Positions 37,891-48,420 of a DNA stretch of 56,592 nucleotides are shown here, in pieces. Each line of letters opens with the position of its first letter. The first letter of the stretch is position 1. Source of the stretch: a virus (lineage: Duplodnaviria; Caudoviricetes). The DNA lies in the IMG/VR virus record IMGVR_UViG_3300037722_000781, positions 1 to 56,592 of that record, one strand, 5' to 3'. Below the pieces are notes generated by a model, which saw only the letters and a list, made by a program, of their open reading frames with translations, had not been told where the DNA came from and made no database searches. Made by a program: the position numbers and the translations under genes.

Positions 37891-38931
37891 TCACTGCTGC
37901 GGCTTTCTCTTCGCAACGCGTCGCCGGGCGGTCTCTTGCTCAAGCCACCGCGCAGCGCCGCACATAGCATCCTCTTGGCAACTGGACGGGCCGCCGATGC
38001 GAAGGTCGCCGCGCGCAACGCAATAGGCCATGCCGGTGCCGTCGTCGTAAACTTCGCAGCCAAGCAGCATCAGGGCGCGCTCCAGGGCCTCTGCTGTGCG
38101 ATTAAATCGCAAGCTGTAGTTGCGATTGGGCAATCCGCTAAGCTGTCGCATCAATCATCCTCCAGCGCTTGTGCTGGCCAATAGGCGGCAATTCTGTTAA
38201 TCTCTTTGCCGAGCTTTTCGGCCGTGTTAAGTGCGCCGTGGTCGTAGCCGTTGCCGTAGCTGTTCATGTCAAAACGGTCGCCCTCTAGCTCTTTCATCTC
38301 GGTTATGTCCTGGCGGACCTGCTCGGCAAAATCGAAGCACGCTTTGGCGGCAGCTTTCAGTGCGCGGTCTAATTCGTCGCTCACTGCCCCCTCCCCCTCA
38401 GCGTCACCACGTTCGCCGCCTTCGGGCTACGCCGGGATACGGCCGGGTATTCGTCGTCGTGGCAGTAGACTGTCGCACCAGAGGCCCAATGCTCGGCAGG
38501 CGGGCTCATCCGCGCGACCTGTTCACGCACACGCGCATGCCACCTGTCGCGCTCGCGGCGCTTGCCAAGCTCATAGCAGGCCCAGGCTGTCACGGCGGCA
38601 AAGAGAAGGGCGAGGATAGGGAGGGTCATTCTCTCCAATCCTTGTGCCCTTTGAGCGCCGTTTTGATAATGCGCAGCCGATCACTCAGATCGAGGCGCTG
38701 TTCCCTGAGAACCTTGAGGGCCGTGAAGGCAGCGTCCAATTCATCCCGGTATTGCCCATGGGTGAACTCGCCGCGCAAAAAATTGACCTGATCAATTGGC
38801 AGCCGGCGCGGAGGATCAGCCGGTCCCGGCGGCCCTTTGTCGCAATGGTGCGAGACGAGAATGGTGTCGCCTTCATGCCACGCTGCGCGCGCACCGCAGT
38901 ATGAGCACTGCTCATTGACCGTCAGCATCAC
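37891..38931 (-). other. Four coupled small hypothetical ORFs (37891-38154, 38151-38384, 38381-38638, 38626-38931)
   Basis: Overlapping start/stop codons within the leftward early operon. Confidence 0.55.
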
Positions 38932-38943
38932 CTCGCCTCCCCA

Positions 38944-39429
38944 TCACTTCACCGCCTGCGGCCGGCTGCGGCGCGTCTCTCGCATAGCGCAGCACTTGTC
39001 GAAGAACTCGCGGGCCAGCAGGTGGTTGTTCTGTGCGGCCGCGATGATGGACTCCAGCTCTGCATCATCGACATGGCCGTCGGCGAGGGCGTCCAGCACC
39101 CTGCCCTGCACTTCGCCCAGCACGCAGCCCTTGGCCAGACAGAGGCCGGGCAAGTCGCTGGGCTCCGGGATCTCGCGCTCCGCCGCGCACTGGCGCGCGA
39201 TGCTGTCGTAGACGGCCCTGAAGCGGGCTGGGTGGCCCTTGGCCGTCAGTGCGCCGTCCAGGCGGGCCGCGTCCTCCAAGGCCAGCCGGCGCTCACCGCA
39301 GGGGCTTGACGCGGGGTAGAAGTAGGAGTGCTTGCGGCCCGTCGCATCGCGAATTTCATCCGGCGACAGGGCGTTGATGGCCTCCAGCAGGGCAGCCTCT
39401 ATGCTGCCGGCTTCGCGGCGGTAGGTCAT
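38944..39429 (-). CDS. CII/YmfL-like regulatory protein
   Basis: Downstream of cro; C-terminal ALADGHVDDAE motif. Confidence 0.6.
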   Translation of the reverse strand: MTYRREAGSIEAALLEAINALSPDEIRDATGRKHSYFYPASSPCGERRLALEDAARLDGALTAKGHPARFRAVYDSIARQCAAEREIPEPSDLPGLCLAKGCVLGEVQGRVLDALADGHVDDAELESIIAAAQNNHLLAREFFDKCCAMRETRRSRPQAVK

Positions 39430-39743
39430 TTGGGGATGCCGTCCAGGGCGGCGCGGGCTGTGGTAGTGGCCACCTTCAAACGGCCGTTCCATTCGTGCAT
39501 GCTAATGCCGGCCTTACCCGGTGGGTTGACCGCCTCCAAGCAACCCTCCAGAGCGCGCACAAGGGCGTCGTGGTTGTTCCACGCGAGCTTCATGCGTGCC
39601 GCCACGGCGTTGCAGTCGTACACGCCCGGAAACATTGTCATGGCCACCTGCGGCCCCTTGTCAGCAGGGCGCAAGCTGGGCGGCACGACACTTGTCCCGC
39701 GCACGATTTCAAGCCTTTCCGGCAACTTCGCTTGTTCGCTCAT
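39426..39743 (-). CDS. Hypothetical phage protein
   Basis: NHDALVRALE motif. Confidence 0.55.
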   Translation of the reverse strand: MSEQAKLPERLEIVRGTSVVPPSLRPADKGPQVAMTMFPGVYDCNAVAARMKLAWNNHDALVRALEGCLEAVNPPGKAGISMHEWNGRLKVATTTARAALDGIPK

Positions 39744-40294
39744 TGTCCGTTCCCCATAAATTCCGGCCCGCTATTCACGTTGCGGCCCAAGGGCTTCCGG
39801 CCCACCTTGGAGCCATGCGAAGCTGTTGTTTCAGACCGATCGGAGAGGTGGTCGCCGTCGTGATCCGTCGCGTCATTGAGCGCGAAGGGACGGCCTATCG
39901 CCGCCGCCATGTGGTGGCCCAGGTAGGCCCGGCAGCAAACGACAACGGCCCAGGCCAGCGCCAGCGAGAGCAGCAGGCCGGCTATCAGGGTCTCCACCAG
40001 CACGGTGAAGGCCTTGCCGAGCAGAAGTCCGCCGAGCAGCCCGGCTCCCACAAGAACGGGGGTGGCGCTTAAGATGAGCAGGCCCGCCAGGACTATGGTA
40101 CTGGCCTTTGGCCAAGCCCTTGTATCTAGGGCGAAAGTGGAGTTATGCCCGGCTTCCACAGCCAAAGCACGAAAAAGTGACCTTTTTCTGTCACATTCAC
40201 GACGCGAATATGTCAGGCTGAGTTCGCCGGCCAAGGCGGTCGGGTTAGGCGTTGGGGATGCGCTATGCCAAGTAGGCATGGGGAAAACTGCCGA

Positions 40295-40606
40295 TCAGCC
40301 GTTAACAATTCGGGCGGTCTCGCCAGGATCGGCGGGGCCGTTCGCAGTTTTGTCCTCTTCTGGAGTCCTAAGGCCTTCGGGCAGCTTCAACGCCGCCGGC
40401 AGGATGGCCCCGGCCCGCTGCCCGAGCAGGATGGCGAACATGCGCCAGCGGGGCGGGATGTGGTTGTTTTCCTGCCATTTACGGGCGCGTTCCGCCCACT
40501 TCTTCTGGATTTCCGGCGTGTCGGCTTCGCCTGCCAGCTTGGCGATCTCAGGGCCGAAGCTGTGATAGCCGCCCAGCGCCTTGATGAAATCGGCTTGCGT
40601 CGTCAT
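40295..40606 (-). CDS. Cro-like HTH protein
   Basis: FIKALGG...RKWQENNHIPPRW; divergent from the repressor. Confidence 0.7.
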   Translation of the reverse strand: MTTQADFIKALGGYHSFGPEIAKLAGEADTPEIQKKWAERARKWQENNHIPPRWRMFAILLGQRAGAILPAALKLPEGLRTPEEDKTANGPADPGETARIVNG

Positions 40607-40612
40607 ACGCCT

Positions 40613-40641
40613 AAAGTCGGAAAAATCTTCCGAAATGTCAA
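40613..40641 (-). promoter_or_regulatory. PR-like promoter with palindromic operator TCGGAA-N5-TTCCGA (40617-40633)
   Basis: Minus strand TTGACA-N17-GACTTT ending 6 nt before the cro ATG. Confidence 0.7.
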
Positions 40642-40690
40642 GGAAAATTCAGCGGGCGACAGCCGCGTTGGCTACCGCCATGATTTTCCT

Positions 40691-41011
40691 ATGGAAAGAG
40701 ACCCCTATGCGGTGGTTTGCGGCCGGCGCCTCAAAGCTGCCCGGCTCGCCAAGGGCTACCCAAAGCGCCCTGCCTTCGTGCGGCTGACCAGGCCCGTACG
40801 CAATCCCGAAGAGGTGCGCCGAGAGACCGATAATCTGCGTAAATGGGAAAACGGCGAGGCGCTAGTGCCAGCCGAATACGTGAATCACCTGCGTCGCGTA
40901 ATGGGGATCTTCCCCAATTGGGTTTTCTCTGGGACCGGTGACGGGATGGATCCAGAGCTGGTGGCCAAGGCCATCGAGATCATGGAAGACGAGACCGAGC
41001 CCGCGGACTAA
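40691..41011 (+). CDS. CI-like XRE repressor with no S24 peptidase domain
   Basis: GRRLKAARLAKG...LRKWENGE...PNWVFSG. Confidence 0.75.
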   Translation: MERDPYAVVCGRRLKAARLAKGYPKRPAFVRLTRPVRNPEEVRRETDNLRKWENGEALVPAEYVNHLRRVMGIFPNWVFSGTGDGMDPELVAKAIEIMEDETEPAD

Positions 41012-41037
41012 CCTTCCGAACCCGGCCTATTCTGGCC

Positions 41038-41080
41038 CGGAAAAAAATTCCTTGACATAGCGGAAGAAAATTCCGATACT
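41038..41080 (+). promoter_or_regulatory. PL-like promoter with operators CGGAA-N5-TTCC[GT] (41038-41052, 41061-41075)
   Basis: TTGACA(41052-57)-N17-GATACT(41075-80), the same hexamers as lambda PL. Confidence 0.8.
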
Positions 41081-41106
41081 CTGCTTCATCACTGATGGAG
41101 CGAGCG

Positions 41107-41490
41107 ATGGCATTCGAGGAAATCAAGCACCACGCCGGGCGCGGTTTTCGGCTCGCCCCCGATCAGGTCAAGATTGGTGCCTCCTTCGCCGGCAACCGCG
41201 CCTCCCCCTACATCACCCTAGGCCGCGACGTTTGCGCCAGTCTCGGGCTAGAACGCGGCTCTCGGGTTTCAATCGCCAAGGGCACCGACAACGACCACGG
41301 GTGGCTACGTCTGGCTAAGGCCCAGGACGGCTTTACCGTTTTCAAACATGGGGCACCGAACAGGGCGCTGAGGCTGTCGCTGTCCGTAATATCGGACGGG
41401 CAGAAGCACGGCAGCGAAGCCTGCGAGCACCGCATCGAGGACGGCGCGCTCTACATCCGCCTGCCCGAGTGGTGCAACGGCGCCGCCTAA
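41107..41490 (+). CDS. First gene of the PL operon, hypothetical
   Basis: GGAG RBS. Confidence 0.65.
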   Translation: MAFEEIKHHAGRGFRLAPDQVKIGASFAGNRASPYITLGRDVCASLGLERGSRVSIAKGTDNDHGWLRLAKAQDGFTVFKHGAPNRALRLSLSVISDGQKHGSEACEHRIEDGALYIRLPEWCNGAA

Positions 41491-41504
41491 CCCCGGAGCC
41501 CGCC

Positions 41505-42469
41505 ATGTCCACCGCCCGCCAAGCCCAGGAGACAGCCGTGACGCACAAAATTGAGCCACTGGTCTTTCAGCCGGACAGCAAGACACCGGGGTTCGAGATT
41601 CGCAAGCGGACGATGCTGCTCGGGCGCGCTCAGTTCCCGCCGTACAGCATCATGCTCTGGCACGATGGCTTTGAGGCCGAGCGCTACACGAGCCTTGATG
41701 AGCTTGAGGTCATCCGCGACTGGCTGAACGATCTCATTGAGGGGGCGCAGGGATGAGCACCGCCCGCCAAGCCATCCGCCGCCGCCGTCAGGCCCGCAAG
41801 CCGAAGTCCCGGCGCAAGTCCGAGCGAAAGCAGGGCAAGAAGGCGAAGTAGCATGGCAACGAAAGAAGCGATGATGCCCGACACGCCGACAGCCGAACAT
41901 GCCGACTGGCGCGAGATGATGACTCTCTCGGGCGAACAGGCCGACGACATGGCCGCTGTCCTTGATAAACACTTCAAGGTGTTTGCCCAGCCGCCGCTCA
42001 ATCGTGGCGATGATGACAAGCTTTCACTGAAAGGCGACCACCCCTGTCTGAACTGTGGTGAGCCGCAGACCGGGCTGCTCGGCAATTTTCGCTGGGGCCT
42101 CATCCATGGTGAGGGCGTCTGCCTCAACTGTGGCTGGCCGGCGCGGCTCTACCATTTTTTCAAGAACAGCACGGGCGAAGACATGGGCACGCTGACGATG
42201 CTGTTTCAGTACCACCCTGACTACGTAGAGCAGCGCCAGCAGCGCGCCAAGGGCAAGTAGGAGCGAGAGAGATGGCTTATCAGCTCTGGGACATTTCGGA
42301 CGGCACGCTACGTGGCCCGTTGCGGGAATACAGGTCAAAGCGGACGGCCGCACGGGTCGCGTTGGAAAAGGGCTGGTTTATCCACGACACCGAACGCGCC
42401 GTGGCCCCCATAGAAGGCGAAGACTGGCAAGCGTTCGCCCAACGCAAGTTGCCGTCTAGCGTCATTTAA
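41505..42469 (+). other. Small early ORFs (41505-41756, 41753-41851, 41853-42260 Cys-rich, 42272-42469)
   Basis: Coupled ORFs with RBSs; CLNC twice in 41853-42260. Confidence 0.55.
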
Positions 42470-42543
42470 CACCCGCCACGCCGGGCGGCTGGACCGCGAT
42501 TTCCTGAGTGCTAAGCCCAGCCGCCCGAATGCAGGAGAGAGAT

Positions 42544-43086
42544 GTGCATACCGAGGAAGAGACGCAGAAATGGGCAGCAAAGGGAAACCCGCGCTTTGGC
42601 CATAGCAAGGGCTATGTTCGCCTCAATTGTCCAGCACACCCAAATGCTGATGCAAAGGGCTGGGTCTATGAACACACCCTGATTGCGTCTAACGCACTGA
42701 GGCGCGGGCTCCGGCGGGGTGAAACAGTTCACCACATCAATGGCCGCCCGGCTGACAATAGGCCCAACAACTTGCTGGTCTGCACACATCAATATCACCG
42801 GGCGCTTCACTCAAGGCTGCACCTGTCAGACGCATGGCCGCAATTTACAAGACCGCCGAATAAGCGGCCGGCATGCCGGCGCTGCGGCGCGGCTATCGGC
42901 TACAACAGCCGATCCGGACTTTGTTTGGCGCACTACTGGGACAATCTCAAGCGGTTCCCCGCCGTGTGTAGTGTTGAAAACTGCAACGCACCAGCCGGGC
43001 ATCGCTCTGGCCTTTGCTTGGCGCACGTTAAGCAAAGAGCGAATAGGCGCCGATACACTCCTTCTTGGGATTACAGCAATGCATGA
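42544..43086 (+). CDS. HNH endonuclease with C-terminal zinc-finger repeats
   Basis: VYEH...VHHINGRPADNRPNNL; two SGLCLAH repeats. Confidence 0.85.
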   Translation: MHTEEETQKWAAKGNPRFGHSKGYVRLNCPAHPNADAKGWVYEHTLIASNALRRGLRRGETVHHINGRPADNRPNNLLVCTHQYHRALHSRLHLSDAWPQFTRPPNKRPACRRCGAAIGYNSRSGLCLAHYWDNLKRFPAVCSVENCNAPAGHRSGLCLAHVKQRANRRRYTPSWDYSNA

Positions 43087-43378
43087 TGAAGAAACTGCTC
43101 GGCTGCTCTGGTGCCCTTGGGCGCGGGTCCAGGTGGGCTATGGCGGAGACGGTGGTGGTGCTTTCGCGGCGGTCAATCGGACGTGGGACTGGATACGCAA
43201 GCATCTCGGTTGGGAGACTGGCGACGATGAAAGCGAAGTCTGCAACTGCATCGCCAGCAAGTGCGCGGCGTGGCGGTGGGTGAGAGAAGAAGTCCCCGGC
43301 GTGCCACGGCTTACCCAGCGCAGCCAAACGCGCGGCTTCTGCGGCCTCGCCGGCAGCCCGAGCGGGAGAGAGACGTGA
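43079..43378 (+). CDS. Cys-rich phage protein
   Basis: WCP...CIASKCAAWRW...GFCGLAG. Confidence 0.65.
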   Translation: MHDEETARLLWCPWARVQVGYGGDGGGAFAAVNRTWDWIRKHLGWETGDDESEVCNCIASKCAAWRWVREEVPGVPRLTQRSQTRGFCGLAGSPSGRET

Positions 43379-43755
43379 GCGAGCATACACCGACGCCGTG
43401 GCACACCCGCTTGGCTACCCGCCCCGTTGATGGGGAATACGACTGTGCCATCGTCACCAACATCAATGGCTGCCCGGCCATCGTCGCGGAATGTTTTGGG
43501 CGCGTCTCCGAACTAGCCCGACTGGATGCGGTCGCCAACGCCGCCTTCATCGTCCGCGCCGTCAACAGCCACGATGCCTTGGTGGCGGCACTGGATTTTG
43601 CTGCTGACACTCTCAATAGCGTCATTCCAGATATCGACGCAGTGGCCGAAATCCGAAACCCCGGCCCAATCGCAGGCCCGGCCTATCGCAAGCTTGACGC
43701 GGCGCGGATGGCTGTGAGCGAGGCCCGCGCCGCCCTGTCTACCCTCAAGGGATAG
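43375..43755 (+). CDS. HTPxPW-type phage protein
   Basis: HTPTPW...ANAAFIVRAVNSHDALV. Confidence 0.65.
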   Translation: MSEHTPTPWHTRLATRPVDGEYDCAIVTNINGCPAIVAECFGRVSELARLDAVANAAFIVRAVNSHDALVAALDFAADTLNSVIPDIDAVAEIRNPGPIAGPAYRKLDAARMAVSEARAALSTLKG

Positions 43756-43759
43756 CCCA

Positions 43760-46002
43760 ATGTACAGCATCGTAATTCTCGCCTGCCTCTCCACCATCGC
43801 ACCGCGCGACTGTACGGAGCAGACCGCGCGCGTGGTGATGCAAGGCCCGGATGCGCCCAACAGCATAGCATGCGGATTCCTGGGACAGGCGTTTTTTGCA
43901 GACAGCGCGCTGGAGCTGCATGCCGATGAGTATATCAAAACGATCTGCAGGCGCACCGTGACGGCGCCCGCGCTGGCGAACACAGGAGACTGACATGCCA
44001 CTGGACAACACACCCTGGGCACTGCCCGCCGTCAAGCCAGCGACATTTGACCCCGTGTTGCGCGAAGGCCTCGCTGGGCTGGCGCAGCTATCCGAGGCGC
44101 TGCGGCATCCGGAGTGGTGGACCGCGCGCAATCACAAATGGGCCTACCGCGTCTCGCTAGAGACCACTGACTGCGGCACAGCCGGCTGTGCCATCGGCGT
44201 GGCGAAGATTCTGTGGCCCGCGCAAGCAAAGAGCGTTAGCTGTCTAGCTCGCCACGAATTCTTCGCCATAGACTTAGCCGAAGACCACAACATCTTTTTC
44301 GCCGTTGGCGAAGAAACGTACCTCCCGATGACACAAGTCACCCCCGCCATGGTCGCTGACGCCATCGACGCGCTGCTGGCGGCGAAGGGCTGGAAGGGCT
44401 GACTGATGTTCTTCGACGGCCGCTCTCTCGACTCTCTCGCCGACTCCCGAGACATCGCGGAGGACTTGCGGCTGACCCTGCAGCAGTGGCGGGAGAAGTG
44501 GCGGCGCTGGGTTGACTACCACGGGATGGTGCCGGACGACGAAGATATCACCAGCTTCTTGGATGAGATCGACGGCATTCTAGCAGGGCAGATCAAATCT
44601 GCCAAGGAAGCCGAAGAGTTTTCACCGGAAGCCCGTGACGAGCAAGAGCACACCGACCGCGAGCGGCGGATAATCAGGGACGCACAGGCGTAGGAGCCGG
44701 GGATGGTAGCGGTTACGAAAGAGCATTTGGACAAACTCTTGGACGCCTTTGTTCCATTGATGAAATTTGGCCTACAGGAACAGGATATTTCCGTGCCAGT
44801 AAGCCCAAACTGCATGGCAACCGTGCGGTTTTCCGGCACGCCATCGCGCGGCGCGATCAGAAACCTATGCGAAACGCTCAAAATGCTGGAGCCGCACTTT
44901 ACGGAGTCAGAAGAAGAGGTTTTCACAAAAGAGGCATTCAAAAGGCTGTCGCTGGAGGCTCTGGAGCTAGCGGCCTCGACGCCGAAGGAGCAGCCATGAC
45001 CGGCACCGCCGCAGCCGTCACCTTCCTGACCGTTTCGGCCGGGCTGCTGCTGGGCTTGGCTGTGCATGTGGTGCGGTGGTGGCGATGAAACTTAAACCGG
45101 CAGCCCGGGGCACGCTAGAGCTAATCGGCTCTGGACGTGCTGTGATCGAGGTGGACCACAAGGCTCATTGCGGACGAGTCGATACGATCGACGGAGTAAC
45201 CATCCGCGACCCAGAATTTCCCGACAGGAAAATGCTGCTGCCAGGAGTTTGGACATTATTCCAGGCCGGTTTAATCGACGCCTTTGGCTTGATCACAGAA
45301 GCCGGGCAGCGCGCCCGGGAGGACAGCGAGAAATGAAATTCAGCGATGAAACCGCCGCCCGCCTGCTGGCCCACGGCATGGCTCCGGTTAACGCCAGCCA
45401 CAAGGAAGAGGCGCGCCGCTCCGGCTTCACGGCAACGCTATACGGGCTGCTGGGGGCCGCCGTGCTGGTGCTGGCGCTGTGGTTCGGGGGGCTGTGATGG
45501 ACAGCACGCAAGCACTCGACCGCGCGGCCCTGGGCATTCTCAGCTCGTGCCATTCCATGCGGCTTTCGGTGGAGCGCGGCGGGCAACTGACCGGCGATGC
45601 CCGAAGGCATTTACTGCTCGCGCGGGCCTACATGGACGCCGTGTTGCGCGGGGACATCCCGGACGCGGCGAAGTGCTATGAGGCCATGTACACGGAGATG
45701 TATCGCAAGGGAGAGGCGGCATGAAACGGGCCAACCCAAACAATTTTTCCGGCGACGGCGCAAACGGCGGCTGCTTCTTTCAGATCGAATCCGATGGGAT
45801 GCAGGAAGGGGCTGCATTTTTGGAAGTTGGCTGGTCATGCGTTCATGTCTATCGCGGCCTCATCCCCATAACTTGGCTGGCTGAATTGATCGCCATTGCT
45901 ACTGCGCACGAGGGCGGCATAGCCGGTTTCTTGCGCGAACACGACTACGGCGACCCGAGCTATGCGCTTATGTGCGATCCGAAGATGCCAGAGGGAGACT
46001 GA
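43760..46002 (+). other. Run of small hypothetical early ORFs (43760-43993, 43995-44402, 44406-44693, 44703-44999, about 45085-45336, 45333-45497, 45497-45724, 45721-46002)
   Basis: Tightly packed + strand ORFs with RBSs and overlapping stops/starts. Confidence 0.55.
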
Positions 46003-46004
46003 GC

Positions 46005-46769
46005 ATGAACGCAAGCGTACCACAGCCGGCCGGCATCGGCCATAATTCGCCCCCCGAGCCCACGCCATTCGAGCGCGTCCGTGACAGGATCAGCAACCTT
46101 TACGCTGAAGCGGCCATGTGGCTGGACGGCGAGCCCATCGCCACTCAGGGCCAGGCGGATGACTTGTCCAATTTGCTGAACATGATCCGCGATGCCAAGC
46201 AGGAAGCTGAGGAAGCGCGCAAGGCAGAGGCCAAGCCGTTCGATGACGGCAAGGCTGAGGTGCAGGCCAGGTATGCGCCGCTGATCGCCGATACCAAATC
46301 TGTCAAGGGCATGACGACGCTCGCCGTGGAGGCCTGCAAAAAGGCCTTGGCGCCGTGGCTGGAGAAGCTGGCGGACGAGAAGGAAGCCATCGCCCGCAAG
46401 GCCCGTGAGGAAGCCGACGCCCAGCGGCAGGCCGCCAAGGAAGCCGTCAGGGCCGCCCAGGCGGCTACGGACTTGGCCGCCAGGGAAGCGGCGGAGCAAC
46501 GGCTGCAGGAAGCCAAGAAGGCCGAGGCGCTGGCGAAGAAGGCCGAGAGCGACACCGCGAAGTCCGGCGGCGGTGTGGGCCGGCGGGTATCTCTGCATAC
46601 CTACTACATTGCGGAGATCCACGACCTGAAAGAGTTCGCCGGCCACGTCTGGACCAACTACCGGGATGACATACGGACGTACCTCGCCCAGCGGGCGCAG
46701 TGGCTTGTCGACCAGGGCAAGCGGGACATCCCCGGTGTCACAGTGAGAGAAGATAGGAGGGCTCAATAG
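46005..46769 (+). CDS. Coiled-coil recombination-module protein
   Basis: GIGHNSPP N-terminus, long coiled coil, IPGV C-terminus. Confidence 0.7.
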   Translation: MNASVPQPAGIGHNSPPEPTPFERVRDRISNLYAEAAMWLDGEPIATQGQADDLSNLLNMIRDAKQEAEEARKAEAKPFDDGKAEVQARYAPLIADTKSVKGMTTLAVEACKKALAPWLEKLADEKEAIARKAREEADAQRQAAKEAVRAAQAATDLAAREAAEQRLQEAKKAEALAKKAESDTAKSGGGVGRRVSLHTYYIAEIHDLKEFAGHVWTNYRDDIRTYLAQRAQWLVDQGKRDIPGVTVREDRRAQ

Positions 46770-47297
46770 ATGGCCTATCATGGCACTTTCGCTCGGCACG
46801 AGCCGGGCAACTACGGCGGCAAGCTGATCGTCACGACCGACAAGGGCGAGTGGAAGATGGACAACAGCTTGCCGCAAGGCACGCCCCTGCCCGCCCCCGG
46901 GACTCCAGTCGCCTTCGAGGCCGAGAAGAAGGGCAACTACTGGAAATGCAAGAGCATGACGCCCGCGAACGGCGCGGCCTACCAGGCGCCCGTCCCGGCT
47001 GCCCCAGCGGCCCACTACCAAGCGCCGCCACCGGCTTACCAGCCGACGCCCAGCGCCGTGCAGGTGGACCAGAAGGATGTCCATATCTTCATCACGGGCG
47101 TGCTGCAGCGCTTCTATGCCCAGCAGGGCATGCCCACGGCCACCGGCGTCTATGACGACATCATGCGGCTCAAGAGCGCCTATCTGGCGGCCATGACGGG
47201 AGGCCCACGGCCACAGGCGCCGGGAGAAGCCCCCGCCCCCGGCGGCCCGCCCCCAGGGCACCCGGCCAATATGGATGACATCCCATGGACGGGGTGA
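46770..47297 (+). CDS. Single-stranded DNA-binding protein-like
   Basis: OB-like N-terminus, Pro/Ala linker, acidic aromatic tail DDIPW. Confidence 0.6.
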   Translation: MAYHGTFARHEPGNYGGKLIVTTDKGEWKMDNSLPQGTPLPAPGTPVAFEAEKKGNYWKCKSMTPANGAAYQAPVPAAPAAHYQAPPPAYQPTPSAVQVDQKDVHIFITGVLQRFYAQQGMPTATGVYDDIMRLKSAYLAAMTGGPRPQAPGEAPAPGGPPPGHPANMDDIPWTG

Positions 47298-47614
47298 TCC
47301 CGGTTGACGAGCTGACCGAACGCTTCCGGCTGGCGGCCGAAGAATGGGCCGCCCGTGACGGCGAGGCGTGCCGGCTGGAGGAAATGAAAAAGATAATCTT
47401 CTCCGAGCTGGTCAACCAATCCGAAGCTTCCTCAGTGGCGGCCCGGGAACACGAGGCCTACGCGAATACGGTCTACCGCAGCCATATCGACGCCATGGTG
47501 ACGGCGCGCTCGGCCGCGAACGTCGCGAAAGCCAAGATGCAGTCCATGCAGATGAAGTTCGAAATGTGGCGCACCAAGAACGCACCGCGCCGGGCCGAGA
47601 TAGGAATCAGGTAG
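47294..47614 (+). CDS. Helical recombination-mediator-like protein
   Basis: SVAAREHEAYA...FEMWRTKNA; follows the SSB-like gene. Confidence 0.5.
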   Translation: MIPVDELTERFRLAAEEWAARDGEACRLEEMKKIIFSELVNQSEASSVAAREHEAYANTVYRSHIDAMVTARSAANVAKAKMQSMQMKFEMWRTKNAPRRAEIGIR

Positions 47615-47805
47615 CAGCATGACCGCCATCACCACAGCCGGCCTAAATTTCCAGGCCATCGATTACGTGCAGTGGATTGCCTGGGCCGAGTGCGAGTACG
47701 CCCAGATCCGAGACGACTGGCCCGGCCCAGGGCTGCCATGGTGGCAAGCGGCTTACAAGCGCGGGCTGTCGCCAGAACAAGCCGCAAGAGAAGCGGAGCG
47801 CGACC

Positions 47806-48420
47806 ATGGCTGACAAGCCCATCATTTTCAGCGGCCCAATGGTGCGCGCAATTCTGGACGGCCGCAAGACACAGACGCGGCGGGTGCTGAAAAAGCAGGA
47901 CTGGACGGCCGGAATCATCCAGCGCTGGCCGCGGCAGAAAGCTGGTGTGCCTTACCAGTCCGGCGACCGCCTCTGGGTGCGCGAAGCCCTGAAACTCGAT
48001 GAGAGCGATCATCTGCTCTATGCAGTCGATGAGGCCCCCGTGCCGCACGATTGTATCCCCGTTGGCTTCAGCGTCAGTCGGCGATCGGTGCCGGGCATGT
48101 TCATGTGTCGCTGGGCTTCGCGCCTTACGCTCCAGGTGAGCGCCGTCAAGGTCGAGCGGCTACAGGAGATCAGCGAAGAGGACGCGCTGGCGGAAGGGAT
48201 AGAGCGGCTTCGCTTCCCTGACCGCGGCGATTGGGGATGGCCACAGCACCGGTTCCGCGTTCTCTGGGACTCCCCCAACGCCAAGCGCGGCCACGGCTGG
48301 GACAGCAACCCATGGGTGGTTGCGGTGACCTTCAAGCCGTACCTCTGCAATATCGACAAATTCAGCGGGCTGCCGCCAGAGACGGCGGCGAAGGAGGCGG
48401 ACGATGCGGCTGAGTCCTAA
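47806..48420 (+). CDS. ASCH/PUA-like phage protein
   Basis: PIIFSGPMVRAILDGRKTQTRR, GDRLWVRE, VERLQEISEEDALAEG, WDSNPWV. Confidence 0.8.
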   Translation: MADKPIIFSGPMVRAILDGRKTQTRRVLKKQDWTAGIIQRWPRQKAGVPYQSGDRLWVREALKLDESDHLLYAVDEAPVPHDCIPVGFSVSRRSVPGMFMCRWASRLTLQVSAVKVERLQEISEEDALAEGIERLRFPDRGDWGWPQHRFRVLWDSPNAKRGHGWDSNPWVVAVTFKPYLCNIDKFSGLPPETAAKEADDAAES

